A DNA stretch of 64,000 nt, taken from sequence record OZ196212.1; one strand, given 5' to 3'. The position numbers were made by a program, and so were the translations under genes. The notes under the pieces are model-generated. The model did not search any database. It was not told where the DNA came from and saw only the letters and a list, made by a program, of their open reading frames with translations. Position 1 is the stretch's first letter; every line of letters starts with the position of its first letter. This document shows positions 56,101-64,000 of the stretch, one piece after another.

Positions 56101-56472
56101 ATGTTCAACCCACGCGTGCTCGTGACAGGCGGGCGAAAGTATTCTAATCGAAAACTTGTTTATGCTGCACTCGACAAGCTGTATAATACTGATTACATTG
56201 GACGCATGACACTCATCGAGGGTGGTGCATTAGGTGCTGATAGACTTGCGCAAGATTGGGCTAATCAAGCGCACATCGATGTTGATCTCATGACGTGTGA
56301 AGCAGATTGGGATACACATGGGCTATCGGCTGGAATGCGTCGCAATACAGATATGGCAAAATTGAAACCCGACTTGTGTCTCGCGTTCTTGGGCGGACGT
56401 GGCACGCAGAATATGGTTGATATTTGTCGTGAGCGGCACATCAAAGTGCATATTATAGGCTGGAAATACTAA
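56101..56472 (+). CDS. SLOG-family protein (DUF2493/YspA-like)
   Basis: VLVTGGR, EGGALGAD, ADW, AG..RN, AF.GGRGT. Confidence 0.88.
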   Translation: MFNPRVLVTGGRKYSNRKLVYAALDKLYNTDYIGRMTLIEGGALGADRLAQDWANQAHIDVDLMTCEADWDTHGLSAGMRRNTDMAKLKPDLCLAFLGGRGTQNMVDICRERHIKVHIIGWKY

Positions 56473-56485
56473 TGAGGAACACATA

Positions 56486-57751
56486 ATGGGCTTGACATCA
56501 TGCCAACAAGGTGCACATGACAGATTTTTAGATGGTGAGGGTCACCTTACTATCTCAGGTCCCGCGGGCAGTGGTAAGACATTCTTAATGAAGAGTATTC
56601 TTGCATCGCTGAACGCAAAAGGCAAGAACGTTGCAATGGTAGCACCGACTCACCAAGCGAAGAACGTTCTGCATAAGATGACTGGTGAAGACGTTAGCAC
56701 GATTCACAGTCTATTGAAGATTCACCCAGACACATACGAAGACCAGAAGCATTTCAAACAAGCAGGTGAAGTTGAAGGTCTAGACGAAATCGATGTGCTT
56801 GTAGTTGAAGAAGCGAGTATGATCGACGATGATCTATACGACATCATGGGCAAGACGATGCCGCGCAAGTGTCGTATCTTAGGCGTTGGTGATAAGTTTC
56901 AGCTTCAACCAGTGAAACATGAGCCGGGAGTTATCTCACCGATGTTCACGCGCTTCGAAACATACGAAATGCATGAAGTTGTACGTCAAGCGAAAGACAA
57001 TCCACTGATTCAAGTAGCAACTGAAGTGCGAAATGGTCAATGGCTGCGTTCAAACTGGTCAAAAGAGCTTAAACAAGGTGTGCTTCGCGTGCCAAACGTG
57101 AATAAGATGCTTGATACTTACTTGAGTAAGGTCGAAACTGCTGAAGATTTGCTCGACTATCGCATTCTCTCGTACACTAATGACTGCGTTGATACATTCA
57201 ATGGCATCATTCGCGAACACGTGTACAACACGTCTGAGCCATTCATTCCCGGTGAGTATCTTGTAACACAGATGCCTGTCATGCATTCGAATGGTAAGTA
57301 TCCCGTTTGTGTGATCGATAACGGTGAGGTCGTTAAGATCTTAGACGTTAGACAGATCACAATCGATGGTCAGCTACCCAAAGTAGAGAACGAATCGTTC
57401 GACGTTGCGTGCTTGACTGTTGAGAAAGACGACGGCAATGTGTATGAGTTCAATGTCTTGTGGGATGACCTACAGAAAGAACGCTTTCAACGTTACTTGA
57501 TGGTCGCGGCTGGTCAGTACAAATCGATTCGTGGTAACACTAAACGATACTGGCGTGCGTTCTGGGGCTTAAAAGAGCAGATGATTGAAACTAAGTCTCT
57601 TGGTGCATCAACTGTGCATAAGTCACAAGGCACAACTGTGAAAGGCGTGTGTATCTACACGCAAGACATGGGCTACGCTGAACCAGAAATCGTACAGCAA
57701 CTTGCATATGTTGCACTGACTCGACCAACAAACTGGGCATTGTACAATTAA
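56486..57751 (+). CDS. dda: Dda DNA helicase (SF1B)
   Basis: GPAGSGKT, APTHQA, STIHS, VEEASM, GDKFQL, TVHKSQG, YVALTR. Confidence 0.95.
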   Translation: MGLTSCQQGAHDRFLDGEGHLTISGPAGSGKTFLMKSILASLNAKGKNVAMVAPTHQAKNVLHKMTGEDVSTIHSLLKIHPDTYEDQKHFKQAGEVEGLDEIDVLVVEEASMIDDDLYDIMGKTMPRKCRILGVGDKFQLQPVKHEPGVISPMFTRFETYEMHEVVRQAKDNPLIQVATEVRNGQWLRSNWSKELKQGVLRVPNVNKMLDTYLSKVETAEDLLDYRILSYTNDCVDTFNGIIREHVYNTSEPFIPGEYLVTQMPVMHSNGKYPVCVIDNGEVVKILDVRQITIDGQLPKVENESFDVACLTVEKDDGNVYEFNVLWDDLQKERFQRYLMVAAGQYKSIRGNTKRYWRAFWGLKEQMIETKSLGASTVHKSQGTTVKGVCIYTQDMGYAEPEIVQQLAYVALTRPTNWALYN

Positions 57752-57764
57752 TTCAAGAAAGTTC

Positions 57765-57806
57765 TTGACGTGGCGTTGAGATAAGCGTAATATCTATCTC
57801 AACGCC
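57765..57806 (+). promoter_or_regulatory. promoter with -10 in the loop of a 12-bp inverted repeat
   Basis: TTGACG-17-TAATAT; arms ggcgttgagata / tatctcaacgcc. Confidence 0.8.
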
Positions 57807-57831
57807 TAACAACACAACAAGAGAACAGATT

Positions 57832-58143
57832 ATGAAATTCAAAATGCCAAACTGGTTAGATAACATCGTCATCTTAGCTCAAGAAGCAAAAGATCATCCG
57901 AAGATCGCTATCACTGCTCTAGTAGCTGCAATCGCTCTCGGTTATGCTACTTACACACGTGCTCCTGCTATTGCATCATGTACGTGGAAAGCAACTGTAA
58001 GTCAATCAGTCGATTGGGACTTGTGGCGTCATAACATGTGGACGAACGAGTGTCAATACTACAATGGTAAGCGTTGGATTGCTCTAGACAAAGTAATGGA
58101 CGTTGGTGCAGGTGGTGACGAGCTAGAGGAGCTGAGTCAATGA
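57832..58143 (+). CDS. membrane-anchored hypothetical protein
   Basis: one TM; two Cys. Confidence 0.75.
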   Translation: MKFKMPNWLDNIVILAQEAKDHPKIAITALVAAIALGYATYTRAPAIASCTWKATVSQSVDWDLWRHNMWTNECQYYNGKRWIALDKVMDVGAGGDELEELSQ

Positions 58144-58592
58144 GCAACTTAGTTCAACTCACTGAATCATATTCAATCGAAGAGATTGAAGGGCTATTGC
58201 GCGAACGTAAACGTATGTCTACGTTCGACACTAACACGCTTGAAGCGTTCCCTGATAAAGCAGCACGAGTGATTAAACGCGCTCATCAATGCGAGACAGG
58301 CAACACTGTTCCGTATCTCGAAGAGTTCTATTGTGACATCATGCGTTCAGCATATGGTCAAGACTACTTCGATAAGCTTGAGGCACTGCATGGTGCAGCA
58401 TATCACTGCGGTCAACTGTCTAAGCAGACGTTGAAGCTTGTATCTGATTCTGACGTTGATGACATCACCGCTGAAGCTGAAGCATGGCTCAAGACACACT
58501 CAGGTGGCATGTTCAGCTCAACCAAGTCAGTTGCACGCAGTGCATACAAAGAAGCACTTGCAAACAAACGCGGACTCACGTTCTTTATGTGA
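58140..58592 (+). CDS. hypothetical protein
   Basis: ATGA overlap. Confidence 0.75.
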   Translation: MSNLVQLTESYSIEEIEGLLRERKRMSTFDTNTLEAFPDKAARVIKRAHQCETGNTVPYLEEFYCDIMRSAYGQDYFDKLEALHGAAYHCGQLSKQTLKLVSDSDVDDITAEAEAWLKTHSGGMFSSTKSVARSAYKEALANKRGLTFFM

Positions 58593-58682
58593 GAATCGCA
58601 ACAAAAATAGCACATTTTTGTGCTTTTTGTAACAAATACACGCTATTCTGTATAATCATCAAACAAATAAGAGTAAATAATT

Positions 58683-59441
58683 ATGAGTATTGCAACAACT
58701 TCAGGTCATCGCTTCGGTATGCTAGTTAAGTCAATCACGCAAGGTCTTGAAGGCACTGTGATTGGTATCACTCAATGTATCGCGGGCTGTGAGCTGCTAG
58801 AAGTTAACGTGCGTGATAAGAAAGGCGTAAGTCGCAATCATGTATTCAGTTCTAAGCTCGTTGAGATCATTAACAGCGACAAAGTATCTGAGTACGAAGC
58901 TATCTTCGCTAAGACTAATCACGACATGCCGATTCGCTTAGGCGATGAAGTGCGCGACACTGTATCAGATGAGCAAGGCATTGTTACTGAAATTCAGTAC
59001 CAAGTGAACACTGATCCAAACGTGCTAATGATCAAGAAGTGGAGCGAACACGAGACGAATCTTTATGCGTCTGCTCGTGTAGTGAGCTGTCACCCAACTG
59101 GTAAGTCTATTCATGACCAGATCATCAACAATCGCAACAAGCGTGAGCGTGATGAGCTGAAAGTGGAGCTTATGCAGAAAGCTGAGTGTCTAGCTACTGG
59201 TGCTACTGGTCTAGTGACTGCGATATTCAATCAGGCTAACGGAACAATCAGCGTTGGTATTCAGCCAGTGAGCCAAGAAGGCAAACTGCTTGATACGCAT
59301 TACACTGACATTGAATTAGTTCGTGTTGTCACTGAAGAGCCGAAAGAAACAGCTCCAACGAACGGTACGCACAAGAAGTCAGGTTGTATGCGTTCACATG
59401 AGCTATCTTCTTTGAAGAGCAGTGGCATACGCACTGCGTAA
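58683..59441 (+). CDS. protein with three tandem SH3/KOW-like repeats
   Basis: three (F/L)G..V....G..G.V..I units. Confidence 0.7.
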   Translation: MSIATTSGHRFGMLVKSITQGLEGTVIGITQCIAGCELLEVNVRDKKGVSRNHVFSSKLVEIINSDKVSEYEAIFAKTNHDMPIRLGDEVRDTVSDEQGIVTEIQYQVNTDPNVLMIKKWSEHETNLYASARVVSCHPTGKSIHDQIINNRNKRERDELKVELMQKAECLATGATGLVTAIFNQANGTISVGIQPVSQEGKLLDTHYTDIELVRVVTEEPKETAPTNGTHKKSGCMRSHELSSLKSSGIRTA

Positions 59442-59473
59442 TAACATGTAGTGCGAACCCAAGAGGTAAGCAC

Positions 59474-59929
59474 ATGAAATACATACTACCCATTGTCTTA
59501 ACGTCGTTTGCGTGCGGTGCGCACGTTCACGATGACTGGACAACAATACATCAAGTACACCCTGATACACATGAGATTGTACATCTAGCATCATCGCATA
59601 GTAATAATCGTGACGCTATGTTGACAATTCAGTGTGATAGACGCTTGACGTTGTACGAACTCGGCACTAACTTAAAGGGAGTACGCATCGAGAATGTTGA
59701 GTATTCGCTTGACTACGGTGAGTACGTTGATGTAAAATCATATACTGAAATGCTTGGCTATCGCTCTGTGTTTGTTCATACAATCACTGAACGTTCGTAC
59801 AGTCAAATCATTGCGCGTGATATACTCAGTTTCAAAGTGACAAGCGTCGAAGGCGAAACTGAAATATACACGTTTAGTCTCAATGGTGTTGATGAAGCAT
59901 ATCATACGCTAATGGATCTATGTGAGTGA
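59474..59929 (+). CDS. exported hypothetical protein
   Basis: signal-peptide-like N-terminus. Confidence 0.7.
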   Translation: MKYILPIVLTSFACGAHVHDDWTTIHQVHPDTHEIVHLASSHSNNRDAMLTIQCDRRLTLYELGTNLKGVRIENVEYSLDYGEYVDVKSYTEMLGYRSVFVHTITERSYSQIIARDILSFKVTSVEGETEIYTFSLNGVDEAYHTLMDLCE

Positions 59930-60444
59930 AAATCATCTTCTTAGACATCGATGGCGTGTTGAACAACGCGCTTGATGCCGATGAACATAAAGATGTTGAG
60001 CTGCGCGGAGAGTATCAGGGATTTTACTCACCGCGCTGTGTCTTACTTCTTAATGAAATCGTACAGAAAACTAATGCCAAAATCGTGCTGAGTAGCACGT
60101 GGCGTCACGGATTAACAATCGATGACGTAAATGAGTTATTCACTAACATGAATATTCATGCAGAGTGTGTTGGCATCACTCGTGACTTTAGTGAGCACAA
60201 ATGGTCGTTTCGTGGTAATGAAATCATCGATTACATTCAACGACACAAAGACGATCAATGCAGTAGTGAGTTTGTTTATCGTGATTACGTCATTTTAGAC
60301 GACGATACCGACATGTTACTGTGGCAAAAGAACAATTACATCAACTGTGACCCAGAGATTGGACTAACTGATCGAACTGTGTCAAAAGCAATCGCAGTGC
60401 TGAACAATTCTATTTGTACAGACACTGGACAAGAGTTTGCATAA
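59926..60444 (+). CDS. HAD phosphatase (HAD_SAK_2-like)
   Basis: FLDIDGVLN, VLSSTWR, VILDDD. Confidence 0.85.
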   Translation: MKIIFLDIDGVLNNALDADEHKDVELRGEYQGFYSPRCVLLLNEIVQKTNAKIVLSSTWRHGLTIDDVNELFTNMNIHAECVGITRDFSEHKWSFRGNEIIDYIQRHKDDQCSSEFVYRDYVILDDDTDMLLWQKNNYINCDPEIGLTDRTVSKAIAVLNNSICTDTGQEFA

Positions 60445-60479
60445 CAATTCAACTAACGACAACATATAGGGAGCCTATA

Positions 60480-61508
60480 ATGTCACATGCTATCTACATC
60501 GGACGCTTTCGTCCATTCCATAATGGTCATCTTTCTTCAATCATCGAAGCGTTCAACGCACTCAATCTTGACAAAATGACTGTCCTCATCGGCTCGTGTA
60601 ATCGCCATCGCTCACCAAAGAATCCATTTGTATTCGAAGAAGTGCGCGAAATGATTCAACGCAGTCTACCAGAAGCTATCGCGAACAAAGTAGTAATCAA
60701 ATCACTGTACGATCATTCTAACAATGACGTATGGGCAACTGAAGTGCGCGAGAAAGCACGTGGTGCGACTCACATCGTCGGCTTCGACAAAGACGCATCA
60801 AGCTTCTACTTGAAGATGTTCCCTGAGCTTAAATCGTTTGAGCCAACACCAACGCAAATCGGTGATGGTGTTCTAAGCGCATCATTCATTCGTGACTTAT
60901 ACGTCAGAGAAGTTCTGTTGCATAAAGCAAGAGCTACTACTATCTTACCAACTGGTACTATCGAAGTGCTCGACGAATGGACACTGACTGAAGCGTTCGC
61001 TGACATTCAAGCTGAGTACAACAAAGCCAACGAAGAAATCTTGAAGTTCGCTGACTACCCGTACAAAGATCACTTGAACATCGCGTGTGCTGATAACGTT
61101 GTGACGTGTGCAGGTCATGTGTTGCTTGGCGTTCGTAAGAACAACCCAGGTAAGGGCTGTCTTGCTATCCCGGGCGGTCATAAGTCTGAACACGAAACGT
61201 TCTTCGATGCTGCACTGCGTGAACTCGATGAAGAAACAAACATCAAAGTACCTGAAAAGGTTCTGCGTGGCTCTCTCAAAGCTGAGAAGATGTTTGATGA
61301 CCCAACACGCTCTTACCCTCACACTCGTATCACAATGGCATATCATATCGATATCGAAACTGATGCGAATGGTAAGTTCCCTCGCATCAAAGCAGGCGAC
61401 GATCTAGAGTCTGTGCATTGGGTACCACTGAGCGAAGTGCGTGAGCTACAACACAAAATGTATGATGATCACTACCAAATCATTCAACATTTCACTGGCA
61501 TTTACTAA
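60480..61508 (+). CDS. natV: bifunctional NMN adenylyltransferase / ADP-ribose Nudix hydrolase
   Basis: GRFRPFHNGH, KNPF; Nudix PGG..E...AALRELDEET; start ATG 60480. Confidence 0.93.
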   Translation: MSHAIYIGRFRPFHNGHLSSIIEAFNALNLDKMTVLIGSCNRHRSPKNPFVFEEVREMIQRSLPEAIANKVVIKSLYDHSNNDVWATEVREKARGATHIVGFDKDASSFYLKMFPELKSFEPTPTQIGDGVLSASFIRDLYVREVLLHKARATTILPTGTIEVLDEWTLTEAFADIQAEYNKANEEILKFADYPYKDHLNIACADNVVTCAGHVLLGVRKNNPGKGCLAIPGGHKSEHETFFDAALRELDEETNIKVPEKVLRGSLKAEKMFDDPTRSYPHTRITMAYHIDIETDANGKFPRIKAGDDLESVHWVPLSEVRELQHKMYDDHYQIIQHFTGIY

Positions 61509-61513
61509 GTCAG

Positions 61514-61557
61514 TTTAAAATCTCGTTGTGTTAGTGTACAATGCTAACACAACGAGA
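61514..61557 (+). promoter_or_regulatory. promoter with -10 in the loop of a 14-bp inverted repeat
   Basis: TTTAAA-17-TACAAT; arms tctcgttgtgttag / ctaacacaacgaga. Confidence 0.8.
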
Positions 61558-61566
61558 GGAGAAAAC

Positions 61567-62505
61567 ATGAAAATCGATTCGATTGCAAAAATCATCAAAG
61601 ACTTGGGTATGATATGCAAGACGCCATTTACATACAATGGCAATGTGTATCTACCAAAGACAATGAAGCTGCGTGGTGAAGTTCGACAAGGGTTCACTTG
61701 TCCTGCTATGTGCGGATCTTGCTGTGGGAATTGGTCTCTTGATTATATACCAGAAAAATATTTGAAGCATGACTCACTTGAGTCACTTCCACCACTCGCG
61801 TTAGTGTATGGGCAGAACTTCATCAAACGAACTGTCAATGTCAATGGCAAAGAGATTGAGTTCATAACTGACCCACAAGGCGATGACGTACCACAGCAAA
61901 CAAATAAGCCAGACGGGTGTCGGTATCTAAACAAAGAAGGGCGATGTGATATACATAACTTTGTGCTGTCAGGTCGTTACGGTCAACCATTCAGTTGTGA
62001 CTTTGAGATTATTCGATTCATATCACCACAAGGCGAGCCAGACGGCTATATTGAAAATGCTGAAAGCGTGTCTGAATACAATGTCAATCCATCAAACCGA
62101 ATGGGGCGCGTCAACACTGAGTATTATCGATATGCTCGACGCATGAAAGATATCAATGGCGAGCATCGCGACGATAAACCATTTGACCATCCTGACTATG
62201 ATGGCATGAGTGTTCAAGAAATCCCGGGACCAAAGTGTCGCATCACACCAATTGACCAAGACAGCATTGATGATGCTGTGCGCAAATTCAGTAGACTACT
62301 TGAATGGGCTGACTATCTTGGCATTGAAACATGGATCCCTGAAATGATTGAGTGGATTAAGAATGGCTCAAGTGATTCGCTAATCGTCAACGCGAAACGC
62401 TCAAGTAATCATGAGTCCATCGCTGCAATACCATTCGATGTTGAATACAATGATGGTAAGTTAGTCAAATCATCACAAATGATCGGATTATCTCAATTTT
62501 TATAA
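61567..62505 (+). CDS. YkgJ/CxxCxxCC-family Cys-cluster protein
   Basis: CPAMCGSCC, CRYL..GRCDIH..QPFSC; start ATG 61567. Confidence 0.7.
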   Translation: MKIDSIAKIIKDLGMICKTPFTYNGNVYLPKTMKLRGEVRQGFTCPAMCGSCCGNWSLDYIPEKYLKHDSLESLPPLALVYGQNFIKRTVNVNGKEIEFITDPQGDDVPQQTNKPDGCRYLNKEGRCDIHNFVLSGRYGQPFSCDFEIIRFISPQGEPDGYIENAESVSEYNVNPSNRMGRVNTEYYRYARRMKDINGEHRDDKPFDHPDYDGMSVQEIPGPKCRITPIDQDSIDDAVRKFSRLLEWADYLGIETWIPEMIEWIKNGSSDSLIVNAKRSSNHESIAAIPFDVEYNDGKLVKSSQMIGLSQFL

Positions 62506-62506
62506 T

Positions 62507-62542
62507 AAAAGGGTTGCTTCGTGCAGCCCTTTTCTGTATACT
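62507..62542 (+). promoter_or_regulatory. combined terminator / early promoter
   Basis: gggttgc-ttcgt-gcagccc-T4; TTGCTT-17-TATACT. Confidence 0.8.
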
Positions 62543-62571
62543 GAGCACATCAAAACAAAACAGAGAACATT

Positions 62572-63333
62572 ATGAGCAAACTTACATTCACTATGATGAC
62601 AAACGCAATCGTTGCACAGACAGACACGTTCAACGCACAAGACATTGCAAACCATGCAATCGATAACAACGCTGACATGTTCGAAGCGCGTCTTGCGAAG
62701 TGTGAAGGCGATGTTGCTGCAACAATCAAGCGAATCACTGCTCAAATATCAACTGACTTGCGTTTGAGTGTTCTCGATGGTGAGAAACTTCAAGTGTTAC
62801 TTGCTGATGAAGATCTTGAACTAGTCAAAGTTGGTAAAGGTAGATATCGCGCATCATCAATCGCATCCGATGCTGATTCAATTGAGTCTGATGATTCAAT
62901 TGAGTCTGATGAGTCTACTATCGAAACAGAAGAAGACACAGTTGAATTCAATCGCGCTGTTGTTATTCGCACTGCTGAACAACAAATGTCAAAAGCAGAC
63001 TTGAATCGAATCAAACAGCAAAAGAATGTTGGCGCTGATATCAACAACATCATGAAATGGAAGAACAGTGACTTAGCTCTTGAATGGGATCACGCTAAAG
63101 CATTAGCTGATGACGGCGAACACTCACCTAATAATGGTCAGCTTGTTTCTCGTCAGTATAACAGAACAAAGAACGCACGCTCTGAAAAGCGCAGAACATT
63201 TAAAAAGCAATGCGAATACATCATGCGCAATGTTGAATTCTACTTAGCTGATCGTTGGGTTGATGAAGAAGAATCTGAAATCATGATTCAAAACGTTAAA
63301 GCACGTCTTGCACTACTAGAAATCTACTACTAA
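62572..63333 (+). CDS. protein with C-terminal HNH-like nuclease motif
   Basis: EWDHAKALADDGEHSPNNGQLVSRQYNRTK. Confidence 0.65.
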   Translation: MSKLTFTMMTNAIVAQTDTFNAQDIANHAIDNNADMFEARLAKCEGDVAATIKRITAQISTDLRLSVLDGEKLQVLLADEDLELVKVGKGRYRASSIASDADSIESDDSIESDESTIETEEDTVEFNRAVVIRTAEQQMSKADLNRIKQQKNVGADINNIMKWKNSDLALEWDHAKALADDGEHSPNNGQLVSRQYNRTKNARSEKRRTFKKQCEYIMRNVEFYLADRWVDEEESEIMIQNVKARLALLEIYY

Positions 63334-63342
63334 GGATTACTC

Positions 63343-63693
63343 ATGAACAATCACGCTTATCGCATCAAAACTGAAATCCCTATGCTTGCTATCGAAGAAG
63401 GCGATGTCTTTGTGCAATCACCTTTCAATGGCAATCGCTATCAGTTAGTGCGTCAACCAAATCGTCCAACAACTGATATCAGTCTCATTCAACAATTCAG
63501 TCACTTGTATGATGAAATCTATGTGCCAGACACTGATATCCCTGAAGTGATTGCTAATTGGAAAGAACACGCTCAAGCTGAACACGATGTTAATTTGAAG
63601 CTCGTCGATAAACTGTATGAGCAAATCGATTTCATTCAATCGCAAATCACAGTAGCTCAAGATAAAGCACACAAAATGGCAGATTACCTATGA
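63343..63693 (+). CDS. hypothetical protein
   Basis: ORF with RBS. Confidence 0.75.
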   Translation: MNNHAYRIKTEIPMLAIEEGDVFVQSPFNGNRYQLVRQPNRPTTDISLIQQFSHLYDEIYVPDTDIPEVIANWKEHAQAEHDVNLKLVDKLYEQIDFIQSQITVAQDKAHKMADYL

Positions 63694-63959
63694 ACATAAA
63701 ACTACTCATTCGAAACGAAATCAAGAACAGCACGCAGAACTATGCGACTGTGTACGACATCATGGACGCTATTGTAACTAAGTACCCGCAAGCAGCTATC
63801 AACGATAGAGGTAAGTCGCTTGCTAATAGCACTGTGCGTCGCGAGATCAGTCGATTGCTCGATGAATCATGCAACTGGGAACGCTGTGGCGTTACTAAAA
63901 CTGGTCGCAAACTCTATGAGCGAATCAAATCAACTGACCTAAGCGAGTTCACACAATGA
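63690..63959 (+). CDS. hypothetical protein, possible winged-helix
   Basis: STVRREISRL helix then short beta hairpin. Confidence 0.65.
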   Translation: MNIKLLIRNEIKNSTQNYATVYDIMDAIVTKYPQAAINDRGKSLANSTVRREISRLLDESCNWERCGVTKTGRKLYERIKSTDLSEFTQ

Positions 63960-64000
63960 AACCATACGATTTAGTACACAAAATGCAGAAAGTTGTCAAC

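Noticed and set aside
1-64000. tRNA or rRNA genes, integrase, transposase
   Set aside because: Intergenic gaps are short and explained by promoters and terminators; no cloverleaf or recombinase motifs seen by eye (tRNAscan-SE not run).

Overview
A 64-kb segment of a T4-like (Straboviridae) lytic phage genome, most similar in gene content to KVP40-type Vibrio phages; the host is inferred from that similarity, not shown. All protein calls come from motif recognition and synteny; no database search was run. The window holds the replication/recombination core (55, 47, 46, 45, 44, 62, regA, 43, dda), a displaced short gp24, gp31, rIIA/B, spanins, RNA repair genes (rnlA, pseT, rnl2), dCMP deaminase, a 7-deazaguanine cluster (queD, folE, TGT/DpdA-like, queF, queC, stand-alone Ntn glutaminase; no queE here), NAD/ADP-ribose genes (NatV, NADAR, macrodomain, ART-like), an ArdA-like protein, two antisense homing endonucleases and many small hypotheticals. 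No tRNA, rRNA or CRISPR array was seen. Three patterns stand out. (1) Nine scattered genes start with a T4 internal-protein-like leader ending in a (L/I)-x-E prohead-protease site, most sit behind NNTAAATA late promoters, and they carry enzyme-like cargo (methyltransferase, ART, zincin, acidic HEAT-like, glycine zipper): a candidate virion-packaged effector set. (2) Two intergenic cassettes 44 kb apart share an identical 20-bp anchor and six TT(A/C)G repeats at exact 9-bp period, which looks origin-like. (3) Many sigma70-type promoters are embedded in sequence-unrelated inverted repeats or double as terminators.
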